Source: a virus
Length of the DNA: 64,000 nt
Direction: 5' to 3' (one strand)
IMG/VR virus record: IMGVR_UViG_3300032213_001813
Location: 32,001 to 96,000 of that record
In this document: positions 17,980-27,681 of the stretch, piece by piece
Position numbering within the stretch: position 1 is the first letter of the stretch
Layout: each line of letters begins with the position of its first letter
Position numbers and translations under genes: made by a program
The notes under the pieces: model-generated
What the model saw: the letters and a program-made list of their open reading frames with translations, nothing else
Databases searched by the model: none
Told to the model about the DNA's origin: nothing

Positions 17980-19377
17980 ATGGCAGAAGCATTAGATACA
18001 TTATCTAAATACGGTCAATCGTTTCAATCAAAAGTAATATCTGTATTATTGACGGATGCTAAACTTTTGGATTCGTTAAGTGATATTATACATAAGAAGT
18101 TTTTTGAATCGGAAGCTAATAAATGGATAGTTGAAACAATTAAAGATTATTTTGATGAGTTTAAGAAAGAACCTACATTGGATGTATTCAAATCAGAAAT
18201 ATCCAAAGTAGATAATCCATCTTTACAAAAAACCATAATCGAGCAACTTAAAGTAGTTTATACGCAAGTTGGACAAGATGATACGGATTATGTGAAGAAG
18301 GAGTTCTCATCATTTTGTATCAATCAGAATTTAAAAGAGGTAATTATACAATCGGTAGATTTACTCAAAGCGGGTAATTACGATAGGATTAAGGATTTAG
18401 TAGATAAGGCAATGAAAGTTGGTATTGAAACCGATTTGGGACATGATTATCTATTGGATTATATAGCTCGTATTGAGGATGAGAAAAGAGATACCATTGC
18501 TACTCCGTGGGAGGTTATTACCGAATTAATGAACGGAGGTTTAGGACCGGGTGAGTTAGGGGTTGTAGTGGCACCTTCTGGGGTTGGTAAGACTTGGGTT
18601 CTTGCCGCAATCGGAGCGGCAGCTGTTAAAGCAGGTAAGAGTGTTGTTCACTACTCATTGGAACTATCTGAAAACTATGTAGGTGAGAGATATGATACAA
18701 TATTCACATCAATCCCATCAGCTGATTTGGTTGATAATAGAGATTTGGTACATAGGAAAATAAAATCATTAGCAGGTAAGTTATTGATTAAGTATTTCCC
18801 ACCAAAAGGTGTATCATCCAAAAAGATTGAAGCTCACATTGAGAAGATGACAGCAGCTGGTAATAAACCCGATTTAATAATTGTGGATTATGCTGATTTA
18901 CTACTATCACACTCAAATAAGAATGATAGTACATATGGGGAGCAAGGTGGTGTGTATATTGAATTGAGAGGAATGGGTGGTGAGTTGGGTATTCCAATTT
19001 GGACAGCATCACAAACAAATAGAAGTGGTATAGATTCAGAGGTTATTGAAGCTGATAAGATTGCAGATAGTTACGCTAAAGTAATGAATGCAGATTTTAT
19101 TATGAGTGTTAGTAGAAAATCAAAAGATAAACTAAACAATACTGCTAGAGTTCACGTTATGAAAAATCGTTTTGGTATGGATGGTATCACATTCCCAACT
19201 AAAATGGATACTAACAAAGGAATAATCGAAGTTTTTGATGCAAATTCAGCAGATGGAATATTAGCACGGAAAGAAAGTAATAGTGGAGCTGAAGAAGAAA
19301 GGCAATTATTACACAAAAAATATATGGATACTATGCCGTTAGGTGGGGCAGTAAAGCCGGTATCTGGACTAGGATAA
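17980..19377 (+). CDS. dnaB: DnaB/gp41-like replicative helicase
   Basis: Walker A APSGVGKT, YSLEL, IIVDYAD, TASQTNR, MKNRFG. Confidence 0.93.
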   Translation: MAEALDTLSKYGQSFQSKVISVLLTDAKLLDSLSDIIHKKFFESEANKWIVETIKDYFDEFKKEPTLDVFKSEISKVDNPSLQKTIIEQLKVVYTQVGQDDTDYVKKEFSSFCINQNLKEVIIQSVDLLKAGNYDRIKDLVDKAMKVGIETDLGHDYLLDYIARIEDEKRDTIATPWEVITELMNGGLGPGELGVVVAPSGVGKTWVLAAIGAAAVKAGKSVVHYSLELSENYVGERYDTIFTSIPSADLVDNRDLVHRKIKSLAGKLLIKYFPPKGVSSKKIEAHIEKMTAAGNKPDLIIVDYADLLLSHSNKNDSTYGEQGGVYIELRGMGGELGIPIWTASQTNRSGIDSEVIEADKIADSYAKVMNADFIMSVSRKSKDKLNNTARVHVMKNRFGMDGITFPTKMDTNKGIIEVFDANSADGILARKESNSGAEEERQLLHKKYMDTMPLGGAVKPVSGLG

Positions 19378-19420
19378 GATATATAAAAATATAAAAATAA
19401 AAAGTTAAAAAAACATGCAA

Positions 19421-19479
19421 TTTTTTGTATGAGAAGTTAAGATTGGTTGTATTTATTAAAACCTAAAGCATACAAAAAA
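19421..19479 (+). promoter_or_regulatory. 11-bp inverted repeat enclosing a late motif upstream of nrdB
   Basis: TTTTTTGTATG (19421-19431) and CATACAAAAAA (19469-19479) flank TATTTATT (19450-19457); ATG at 19491. Confidence 0.5.
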
Positions 19480-19490
19480 GACGATTACAT

Positions 19491-20504
19491 ATGAGCAATT
19501 TATTTACAGAAAGAATAGCGTACAAACCATTTGAATATCCAGACTATTACACCGAAGGGTGGTTGAAGCAAATGCAGGCATTTTGGTTACATACCGAAAT
19601 ACCAATGCAAGGAGATGTTAAAGACTGGAATGAAAATTTAACAAAAGAAGAAAAACATTTAGTAGGAAATATTCTATTGGGTTTTGCTCAAACTGAATGT
19701 GCGGTTTCCGATTATTGGACTGGTATGGTAACTAAATGGTTTCCAAAACACGAAATTAAACAAATGGCAATGGCGTTTGGTTCGCAAGAAACAATACATT
19801 CGGTTGCATATTCGTATTTGAATGAAACTTTAGGATTGGATGATTTTGCAGGTTTTATGCATGATGATGTTATGAAGGAAAGATTTGAATTACTAACAAA
19901 TACAACCGCAGATTGGACTCCTACTGATTTACAAACAAATCACAAAGCTAGAGTTGAGGTTGCTCGTTCACTTGCTATCTTTTCGGCATTTGCGGAGGGT
20001 GTGGCATTATACTCTTCGTTTGCAGTACTTTACTCATTCCAAATGAGAAATCTATTAAAAGGTATTGGGCAACAAATGAAGTGGAGTGTAAGAGATGAAT
20101 CCCTACATTCAAAAATGGGATGTCAATTATTCAGACATATGTGCGATGAGTTTCCTGAATTGTTAGAAGAAGCAAAATCATCTATCTACGAAGCAGCATT
20201 AATCATTAGAGATTTGGAGCATAAGTTCATTGATAGAATATTTGAAAAAGGTGATTTAGAAAATCTAAAAGCAAGTGACTTAAAAGAATTTATTACAAAA
20301 AGAGTTAATGAGAAATTAGGAGAGTTGGGATATAACCCAATACCTGGTGGTGATGATTACTTTGAATACAACGAAGAATCGGCATCGCAATTAGATTGGT
20401 TCTATCACTTAACTGGTGGAGTAACCCATACCGACTTCTTTGCAATGAGACCTACTGATTACAGTAAAGCAAACGAAGGTGAAGATTGGTCTGATATATT
20501 TTAA
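19491..20504 (+). CDS. nrdB: Class Ia ribonucleotide reductase beta subunit
   Basis: QAFWLHTE, ETIH, FAEGVALYSSF, RDESLH diiron-site motifs. Confidence 0.95.
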   Translation: MSNLFTERIAYKPFEYPDYYTEGWLKQMQAFWLHTEIPMQGDVKDWNENLTKEEKHLVGNILLGFAQTECAVSDYWTGMVTKWFPKHEIKQMAMAFGSQETIHSVAYSYLNETLGLDDFAGFMHDDVMKERFELLTNTTADWTPTDLQTNHKARVEVARSLAIFSAFAEGVALYSSFAVLYSFQMRNLLKGIGQQMKWSVRDESLHSKMGCQLFRHMCDEFPELLEEAKSSIYEAALIIRDLEHKFIDRIFEKGDLENLKASDLKEFITKRVNEKLGELGYNPIPGGDDYFEYNEESASQLDWFYHLTGGVTHTDFFAMRPTDYSKANEGEDWSDIF

Positions 20505-20514
20505 TTAAAATTTT

Positions 20515-22296
20515 ATGAAACATTACGGAGAAGAATTCGGTTGGGAAATCGATGTTGATTACCCATCGTGGGGAAATACGGAAATATACGTTAAAACAAT
20601 CTCAAAAGGTTATCTATTAGATGGTGAAAAGCCAAAAGATGCCTATTGGAGAGTTGCAACGGCAGTAGCTAGAAGATTGGGTAAACCACAACTTGCTACA
20701 AAGTTCTTTGATTACATTTGGAGAGGGTGGTTATGTTTAGCAACACCAGTATTATCAAATACAGGTACGGATAGGGGTTTACCTATTAGTTGTTTTGGTA
20801 TTGATGTTGGTGATAGTATCTATGAGATTGGATATAAGAATTTGGAGTTGATGTTATTGGCAAAACATGGTGGGGGTGTTGGTATTGGTATCAATCAAAT
20901 CAGACCTGCTGGTTCAAAGATTACAGGTAATGGTACATCGGATGGTGTAGTTCCATTTTGTAAAATTTATGATTCAACTATCCTAGCTACAAATCAGGGT
21001 TCAGTTCGTAGAGGAGCCGCTTCGGTGAATATGAACATTGAACACAAAGATTTTGAAGATTGGTTGGAGATTAGAGAACCAAAGGGTGATGTAAACCGCC
21101 AATCACTTAATATGCACCAATGTGCGGTAGTGGGTGATAAGTTTATGAGAAAGTTGCAGGAGGGGGAATCCGAAGCAAGAAGAAAGTGGGGTAAACTATT
21201 ACAAAAAAGAAAAGCAACTGGAGAACCTTATATTATGTTTAAGGGTAATGTAAACAAACAAAATCCAGACGCATATAAGAAAAATGGATTGAAGGTTTAT
21301 ATGACTAATATTTGTTCGGAGATTGTTCTACATACTGATGAATCTCACTCATTTGTATGTTGCCTTTCATCATTAAACTTAGCTAAATACGATGAGTGGA
21401 AAGATACGGATTTAGTGTACACTTCTACGATGTTTTTAGATGGTGTTTTAGAGGAGTTTATTCAAAGAGCTAAGGGATTGGTTGGATTTGATAATTCAGT
21501 TCGTTCAGCGGCAAAAGGAAGAGCATTGGGATTGGGAGTTTTGGGATGGCATACATACCTACAACAAAAAGGTGTTCCATTTGAAGGATTACAAGCACAA
21601 TTTGAAACTCGTAAAATATTCTCTCAAATTAAGATTGAATCGGAAAGAGCAAGTAGAGATATGGCATCCGAATATGGAGAACCCCTATGGTGTAGAGATA
21701 CCGGTTTTAGAAATACGCACCTAAGAGCAGTAGCACCAACGGTATCAAACTCTAAATTGAGTGGTAACGTAAGTAGTGGTATTGAACCTTGGGCAGCTAA
21801 CGTATTTACGGAGCAAACTTCTAAAGGTACGTTTATCCGTAAGAATCCTGAATTGGAAAGAGTTTTGAAAAAGATTGGAAAAAATACAAAAGAAACTTGG
21901 GATAGAATATTGGAAGATGGTGGTTCGGTGCAAGATTTGGCATTTTTAGATGAGTGGTGTTTCTTAGATAGTAAGTTAGTACAATGTAACGAAGTAACTA
22001 CGGAAGAGCATCAGAATAAATGTAATTCAGTTAAGGATGTATTCCGTACATTCAAAGAGATTAACCAATTAGATTTGGTAAAGCAGGCAGGTATAAGACA
22101 ACAATACATTGACCAGGCAGTATCTCTAAACTTAGCATTCCCATCAATTGCTGACCCGAAATGGATTAATCAAGTAACTATGGAAGCTTGGAAGCAGGGA
22201 GTAAAAACCTTATATTATATGAGAACTGAATCAGTACTAAGAGGTGATATTGCAGCAAGAGCAACTGACCCGGATTGTGTAAGTTGTGAGGGATAA
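20515..22296 (+). CDS. nrdA: Class I ribonucleotide reductase alpha subunit, apparently without an ATP cone
   Basis: PISCF, RRGA, TNICSEI active site, AVAPT, YYMR, C-terminal CVSCEG; only 593 aa. Confidence 0.95.
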   Translation: MKHYGEEFGWEIDVDYPSWGNTEIYVKTISKGYLLDGEKPKDAYWRVATAVARRLGKPQLATKFFDYIWRGWLCLATPVLSNTGTDRGLPISCFGIDVGDSIYEIGYKNLELMLLAKHGGGVGIGINQIRPAGSKITGNGTSDGVVPFCKIYDSTILATNQGSVRRGAASVNMNIEHKDFEDWLEIREPKGDVNRQSLNMHQCAVVGDKFMRKLQEGESEARRKWGKLLQKRKATGEPYIMFKGNVNKQNPDAYKKNGLKVYMTNICSEIVLHTDESHSFVCCLSSLNLAKYDEWKDTDLVYTSTMFLDGVLEEFIQRAKGLVGFDNSVRSAAKGRALGLGVLGWHTYLQQKGVPFEGLQAQFETRKIFSQIKIESERASRDMASEYGEPLWCRDTGFRNTHLRAVAPTVSNSKLSGNVSSGIEPWAANVFTEQTSKGTFIRKNPELERVLKKIGKNTKETWDRILEDGGSVQDLAFLDEWCFLDSKLVQCNEVTTEEHQNKCNSVKDVFRTFKEINQLDLVKQAGIRQQYIDQAVSLNLAFPSIADPKWINQVTMEAWKQGVKTLYYMRTESVLRGDIAARATDPDCVSCEG

Positions 22297-22316
22297 ACAA
22301 ATAAACAAATAAAATT

Positions 22317-22580
22317 ATGTTAGAAGTTAAGAAATTTTCAGCAAGTTGGTGTGGACCATGCAAAACATTGGCACCAACATTTAATGAGGTAAAAAATTCA
22401 TTTAGTGGAGTATCCTTCAACGAATACGATATTGATGATAGTTCAGATATTGCATCTCAATTTGGAATCCGTTCAGTACCAACTGTATTATTAGTTAAAG
22501 ATGGTAAGGAAGTGAAAAGAATTGTAGGAGCACAATCTAAAATGGTATATGAAAACGCCATAAATGAAAATTTAGGATAA
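22317..22580 (+). CDS. trxA: Thioredoxin
   Basis: WCGPC motif and IRSVPT. Confidence 0.95.
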   Translation: MLEVKKFSASWCGPCKTLAPTFNEVKNSFSGVSFNEYDIDDSSDIASQFGIRSVPTVLLVKDGKEVKRIVGAQSKMVYENAINENLG

Positions 22581-22584
22581 AAAA

Positions 22585-22616
22585 TTAGGAAAATCCAAAT
22601 AAAAGTGTTATATTTG
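22585..22616 (+). promoter_or_regulatory. Bacteroidota-type promoter, Mom cassette 1
   Basis: TTAG 22585-22588, N20, TATATTTG 22609-22616; ATG at 22621. Confidence 0.65.
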
Positions 22617-22620
22617 TTAC

Positions 22621-22824
22621 ATGGGAATATTAAGGGGTCAAACGCACCCATCTGCCAAACTTACGGATGAGCAGGTGTTACAAATTAGAAGACTATGGCA
22701 AATGGGTCATAGGAATATTAAAGTGATTGCCCGAAACAATAAGGTATCGCCATCAAATGTGTTAAAAATTATCCAACGTAAAACTTGGACTCATCTAAAC
22801 GAATTTTGGTCTGGTAGTTTATGA
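22621..22824 (+). CDS. Small basic helix-turn-helix protein (stand-alone HNH-associated DNA-binding domain)
   Basis: RGQTHPSAKLTDEQVLQIR...IARNNKVSPSNVLKIIQRKTWTHL matches the HTH found C-terminal to HNH endonucleases; no nuclease domain is present. Confidence 0.7.
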   Translation: MGILRGQTHPSAKLTDEQVLQIRRLWQMGHRNIKVIARNNKVSPSNVLKIIQRKTWTHLNEFWSGSL

Positions 22825-23594
22825 AAATAGAAGGTAAACAATATTGCGATATCTCTAAATTTTCAATTAGAGAGATTAACAAAAACATAGCAAAGGATAT
22901 CATTGTCAATAACCATTATAGTGGGATATGGACGAAGGTATCCTATGCTTTGGGATTGTTCTACATATCCGAAGATGAGCACAATTTCTTTAGTGGGGTG
23001 AATGAACAATTAGTTGGAGTTGCCTGTTATGGTGACCCAGTTGGTAGAAACGCAGGAGCATCTATTTCGGAGTTACTTCCAAGAGATGGTGTGTTAGAAT
23101 TGACCCGATTATTTGTATTTGATGGATATGGTTCTAACATTGAGAGTTGGTTTGTTGGACAATCGTTTGAATGGTTACGAAAGAATGTACCTCGTATCAA
23201 AGCCCTAATATCATATTCAGACCCAAATGCTGGACATTTAGGAACGGTATATCAAGCTACTAATTGGATATATCAGGGTAACAAAATCAGATGGAGTGAT
23301 AGTTGGAGTTTTAAATGGAGTGAGGAAGATGAATGGCATCATAGTAGAACATCCTATGTGAAATATGGAACGAATGACCCTAAGATAATTCAGACAATGG
23401 TAACATCTCCATTTTGGATTAAAAGAGAACCTCGTAAGCATAGATATGTGTATATTCTAACCAAAGATAAGAAAGAAAGAAAATCATTTATAAATTCACT
23501 AAAACATGAAGTGTTTCCATATCCCAAAGTGGAGTTGGATATTATTGATGAGGTTCATAAAATGGACCCGATAAATTTGGAAATATCAAATTAA
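22821..23594 (+). CDS. Mom-like GNAT-fold DNA-modifying acetyltransferase, copy 1
   Basis: IVNNHYS, LVGVACYG, VLELTRL, KALISYSDPNAGHLGTVYQATNWIYQG, KHRYVY are Mu Mom family patterns. Confidence 0.8.
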   Translation: MKIEGKQYCDISKFSIREINKNIAKDIIVNNHYSGIWTKVSYALGLFYISEDEHNFFSGVNEQLVGVACYGDPVGRNAGASISELLPRDGVLELTRLFVFDGYGSNIESWFVGQSFEWLRKNVPRIKALISYSDPNAGHLGTVYQATNWIYQGNKIRWSDSWSFKWSEEDEWHHSRTSYVKYGTNDPKIIQTMVTSPFWIKREPRKHRYVYILTKDKKERKSFINSLKHEVFPYPKVELDIIDEVHKMDPINLEISN

Positions 23595-23607
23595 TTTCGT
23601 AACTTTG
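23576..23607 (+). promoter_or_regulatory. Bacteroidota-type promoter, Mom cassette 2
   Basis: TTTG 23576-23579, N20, TAACTTTG 23600-23607; ATG at 23612. Confidence 0.75.
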
Positions 23608-23611
23608 TATT

Positions 23612-23920
23612 ATGGCTAAAAAACTAATAGAAGTACCAAACGCAACTCAATTCGAAAAAGTTTATAAAGATGAGGATTGTACAATGGTTTGGAAGTATGA
23701 TACTAACAAATTCACAAATGGACCTGTATCGGTTGAAATCAAATGGAGTGCTGAATATCTGAAAGAAAACAAATCACCAAGAAAACCAAAAGCAGAAGGT
23801 AAATTAGGTGAGTTGCATGATGCGTTCGCTAAGTTAGATGCTAAACGGAAGAAAAAGAAAAAGCCGGTAGCTAAAAAAAAAATGACAATAAAGAAGAAGA
23901 TGGTTTCTGGTAAGATATGA
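23612..23920 (+). CDS. Small protein with a very Lys-rich C-terminal tail
   Basis: 102 aa ending AKRKKKKKPVAKKKMTIKKKMVSGKI; overlaps the next gene by ATGA. Confidence 0.7.
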   Translation: MAKKLIEVPNATQFEKVYKDEDCTMVWKYDTNKFTNGPVSVEIKWSAEYLKENKSPRKPKAEGKLGELHDAFAKLDAKRKKKKKPVAKKKMTIKKKMVSGKI

Positions 23921-24717
23921 AAGTAGAAGGAAAAGATTATTGTGATGTTAGTAAGGTGTATGTTCATCCAATAGCTAAAAACATTGCAAAAGATATTATT
24001 GTAAAGAAACACTATACTCACGCTTGGACAGCTTGTAGATATGCATTAGGAATTTATTACAAATCCGATGATGCTAATACATTTGATGGAGATAGATTGA
24101 TAGGTTGTGTGATTTACGGATTCCCAGTAGGTGCAAAGGCATCAACATCAATTTGTGAGGGATTAACCAAAGATAACATTTTAGAACTAACTCGTCTATA
24201 TTGTGATGATGGGTATGGTTCTAACATTGAATCATTTGCATTAGGACAGACATTCAAATGGTTAAAAGAAAACGATAAAGCAATCAAAGTACTCCTATCA
24301 TATGCGGATAACGGACAGGCACATTTAGGTGGTATCTATCAAGCTACAAATTGGATTTATCAAGGATTATCATCAGATATAGCACTAATGCCAAATTGGG
24401 GTATCTCATTAAGTAAAGACCCTTACAAATGGATTCATAGTAGAACTGTATTCTCCCTATGGGGTAGTGGTAATTTGGCACACTTACAAAACGAAATTGG
24501 TAAAGAGGGATATAAAGAATTTTGGAGAAGAGAAGAACCACCAAAACATAGGTACGTTCAGATAATTGCGCAAGATAAAAGAGAGAAGAAGGATTTGATG
24601 GGTAGGTTGAAGCATGAAATTAAACCCTACCCAAAAGATACTGCATCTTATAATACAGAAGTAGTACATCATTTAACAACATACGAAGTACCAGAAGGAA
24701 CTGAAAACTTTTGGTAA
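23917..24717 (+). CDS. Mom-like GNAT-fold DNA-modifying acetyltransferase, copy 2
   Basis: IVKKHYT, ILELTRL, KVLLSYADNGQAHLGGIYQATNWIYQG, KHRYVQ; N-terminus MKVEGKDYCDVSK is near-identical to copy 1 (MKIEGKQYCDISK). Confidence 0.8.
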   Translation: MKVEGKDYCDVSKVYVHPIAKNIAKDIIVKKHYTHAWTACRYALGIYYKSDDANTFDGDRLIGCVIYGFPVGAKASTSICEGLTKDNILELTRLYCDDGYGSNIESFALGQTFKWLKENDKAIKVLLSYADNGQAHLGGIYQATNWIYQGLSSDIALMPNWGISLSKDPYKWIHSRTVFSLWGSGNLAHLQNEIGKEGYKEFWRREEPPKHRYVQIIAQDKREKKDLMGRLKHEIKPYPKDTASYNTEVVHHLTTYEVPEGTENFW

Positions 24718-24721
24718 AATA

Positions 24722-24753
24722 TTTGGAAATATCAAAATTATTTATTACCTTTA
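24722..24753 (+). promoter_or_regulatory. Bacteroidota-type promoter (TAnnTTTA variant)
   Basis: TTTG 24722-24725, N20, TACCTTTA 24746-24753. Confidence 0.6.
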
Positions 24754-24777
24754 TAAAACACATAAACCCATAACAAA

Positions 24778-26622
24778 ATGACAAAAGAATTAAAAAATGA
24801 GTTAATTGATTTTCTAACATCAAATGAAAATAAACGTATTTTTATTTCAACATTAAAGGATATACGTCCTATATACAGAGCACACCAACCATTTGGTAGT
24901 TTAGTTGCTCATATATTTAATTCTGGTTGGAATCGTAAACCAAAATTTGATAACTCTGATGTTATACAAAATAAACTTGGTTATGTGTTTCGTTTGGGGT
25001 CTGGACTTGCTTCAATTAATCAAATTCCTATATCATTATTAACAGACACTGCATCTCCTATACAAAACTTTTTGTTAAAGGATAGGGGTCATATATTAGA
25101 AATTACTTGTAAATTGTATGATATTAAAAATTGGAGTGTTCTTGATTTAATAAAAACTGTTGATTCTGAAATAAAAGAATTAGTTGAAAATACAATACAT
25201 CAAAGTTCTGATAGAAAAAATGCATTAATTATATTAAATTCTATAAAAGAATTTATAAATACAAAGCATGGTGAATTTTTATCAAATGGTATAACGGAAC
25301 AATGTGAAATGAAAATATCAATTAGAGATATTGCAGATGCTGTTCCTGAATTTGAAAAAAACTTAAATGATACCGAATTATCAGTTGAAGTTAAGCGTGA
25401 AAGTGTACCTACTCATATAAAAGAAATTTTATGGTTAAATAACCACAATAACAAATGGTCTGATACTCAATTAGCATGGTTATCGTTTTGGGCATATTGC
25501 TTTGAAAAAGATAATAATTCTGATTATATTGATACTGTTCTAAAATATGATAATCTTATTTCCATATTAGATAAAAGCAGTACATTTAATGGTACTCTTA
25601 ATTCGGAAAATGAGTATCCTTTATTATCAAATTGTATTGAAAAACATCGCAAAAAATTCACAGAAGGTTCTATTATAATTCCAATAAGATTAGTAGCAGC
25701 TGATTGTGGTATTTCCGATTTCTCTGAAATAGCTAAAACTTTGGAAAAAGAAAAACAAACAACATTTGAAAGTTTGTATAAATTTTTACATAAGAATAAA
25801 GTTTCTAAAGATGATTTTTTAAACTATACAAACTTATATGAAAAGATAATGAATCAGCCGGCTTGGGCTAAATTTGTTAAAAAAGTTAAAGCATTTAAAA
25901 AAACAAACTATAATAGCAAATCAAGTGTTATAGATACTACTAATTTAGAACATACTAATATTCTACACTCATCATATGGTGGACCTGCTCTTATAGCTTG
26001 TGCTAGAATTATTAATGAAGTTTGTGATAGTAGAACATCAGAATCTCAAATTAAAAAAATAGTTGATGATTTTTGTAATAGACTTTACAATAAAGTTGAA
26101 GAGGTTTGTAATGATGGTACATACTTTTCCGCTTCAAGCAAATCATCAATGCGTGTAATTTTAACTATTTTGCCTGTATTTACGGATATGATGAATGGAG
26201 CTGCATCAAAGGATAAAACTTTAACTAAACAGCAAGTATATGAAACTTTGTTGAATGAAGTAAAAGGATATCTTGATGGACAAGTTAAATTTAAAGTTGT
26301 AAAATTAACAACATCTAATTATAGTGGAAATCCCGATGTAACGGAAATTGATTTTTCGGAGTACGAAAGAGCTAAAGCTGGATTTGATTTGGGACAAAAG
26401 GAGCAAACTATGGGATACTCTTTAGATAATTGTATTGTTCAACAAAAACACCACAACCGCTCAGCACATAATGTTGACCATAATATTGGTAATGTTGATT
26501 ATTGGAAATGGTACTCTGAAGCGAATTTACAAATTGTAAACTCCAATAAGCAGTATTTCTTTGATAATGATATGGTTGAAGTTATATCTGATGCTAAAAA
26601 ACTAAATGAAAGATTTAATTAA
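24778..26622 (+). CDS. Hypothetical 614-aa protein with a possible degenerate HNH-like C-terminus
   Basis: Long ORF; GFDLGQKEQTMGYSLDNCIVQQKHHNRS loosely resembles a beta-beta-alpha-metal motif lacking the catalytic His. Confidence 0.55.
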   Translation: MTKELKNELIDFLTSNENKRIFISTLKDIRPIYRAHQPFGSLVAHIFNSGWNRKPKFDNSDVIQNKLGYVFRLGSGLASINQIPISLLTDTASPIQNFLLKDRGHILEITCKLYDIKNWSVLDLIKTVDSEIKELVENTIHQSSDRKNALIILNSIKEFINTKHGEFLSNGITEQCEMKISIRDIADAVPEFEKNLNDTELSVEVKRESVPTHIKEILWLNNHNNKWSDTQLAWLSFWAYCFEKDNNSDYIDTVLKYDNLISILDKSSTFNGTLNSENEYPLLSNCIEKHRKKFTEGSIIIPIRLVAADCGISDFSEIAKTLEKEKQTTFESLYKFLHKNKVSKDDFLNYTNLYEKIMNQPAWAKFVKKVKAFKKTNYNSKSSVIDTTNLEHTNILHSSYGGPALIACARIINEVCDSRTSESQIKKIVDDFCNRLYNKVEEVCNDGTYFSASSKSSMRVILTILPVFTDMMNGAASKDKTLTKQQVYETLLNEVKGYLDGQVKFKVVKLTTSNYSGNPDVTEIDFSEYERAKAGFDLGQKEQTMGYSLDNCIVQQKHHNRSAHNVDHNIGNVDYWKWYSEANLQIVNSNKQYFFDNDMVEVISDAKKLNERFN

Positions 26623-26921
26623 TGAAATTTGATAAAACTAAAAATGAAATAGTACATCACACATCATCTTTTAAAGATGGACATATTATTGTTGCTGCTG
26701 AAATATGTAAACTAAAACAAAACAGGTTGGTATTAATTGTACCAACCTGTAAACGTTATTCATTTCATATATTACGTGCCTTTGAATTATTAGGTGATGA
26801 TTTGTTGGTATATGAAATAACAATGGGTATGGGTGTGGTATTGGAAGCCCGTGCAAAAAAATATATAGAATACCATCCAAATAGTAAATTATATGAAAAA
26901 AATCCATTTTTTAAGTATTGA
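26622..26921 (+). CDS. Small protein resembling one domain of a fold-type II PLP (PALP) enzyme
   Basis: IVHHTSS...GHIIVAAEICK...LVLIVP...ELLGDDL...ARAKKY fits the PALP small-domain pattern; only 99 aa. Confidence 0.3.
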   Translation: MKFDKTKNEIVHHTSSFKDGHIIVAAEICKLKQNRLVLIVPTCKRYSFHILRAFELLGDDLLVYEITMGMGVVLEARAKKYIEYHPNSKLYEKNPFFKY

Positions 26922-27681
26922 GACTGAAACTCAATCTAATATTGAAAAGAATTTAATTGAAAGTTCAAGAATAAATAATATTGATTTGCATATAATTGGT
27001 AGAGGTGTAAAGTGGGAAGGGTTTATTACTAAATTTCAAATACTTAAAGAATATCTACCAACAATTAGTGAAGATATTGTATGCTTAACAGATTCGCGTG
27101 ATGTATTGTATATGTCAGATTCTAAAAAAATATATAATACGTTTATTAAAAACTTTTCAAAAGATTGTATTGTATTCAATGGAGAAACAAATTGTTTTCC
27201 TGAAAAGAGTTTTGCTGAACTACATCCAAACCAAAGTAAAAAATACAAATATTTAAATTCTGGATGCGTAATCGGTAGTAGAATTTTACTTATTGAAATT
27301 ATTGATAAGTGTTTAGAATTATATGATAGTTGTAAGATAAATGATGACCAATATTTACTTCAAAAAATATTTTTAGATGGTGAGTATGGTGATGCATTTA
27401 CAATAGATTATGATTGCAAAATATTTCAATGTATTTGGGATGAGGATTATGGTAGAAGTAATAACTTTGATTTGGTATATACGCAAAACGAAATTTACAA
27501 TAGATTAACAGATACATATCCGTTAATATTTCACTACCCCGGACCTACTTGTACTGGTTCTCAGGTTTGGAAAATACTAAATAAAAAGTATTATAAAATA
27601 CCAAACACAAAATACTATAAAGAAAAGAAAAAAAAATATGAAAGTATTAGTGATTCCGAATTACACAAACTTTGGCTCTAA
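26893..27681 (+). CDS. PLOD/LH3-like GT-A glycosyltransferase
   Basis: KFQILKEYL, DIVCLTDSRDV, IVFNGETNCFP, YKYLNSGCVIG, DDQ, IDYDCKIFQ resemble the lysyl-hydroxylase-3 glycosyltransferase domain. Confidence 0.75.
   Translation: MKKIHFLSIETETQSNIEKNLIESSRINNIDLHIIGRGVKWEGFITKFQILKEYLPTISEDIVCLTDSRDVLYMSDSKKIYNTFIKNFSKDCIVFNGETNCFPEKSFAELHPNQSKKYKYLNSGCVIGSRILLIEIIDKCLELYDSCKINDDQYLLQKIFLDGEYGDAFTIDYDCKIFQCIWDEDYGRSNNFDLVYTQNEIYNRLTDTYPLIFHYPGPTCTGSQVWKILNKKYYKIPNTKYYKEKKKKYESISDSELHKLWL

Noticed and set aside
22621-22824. Mobile homing endonuclease
   Set aside because: Only the C-terminal HTH-type domain is present; there is no HNH or GIY-YIG catalytic domain.
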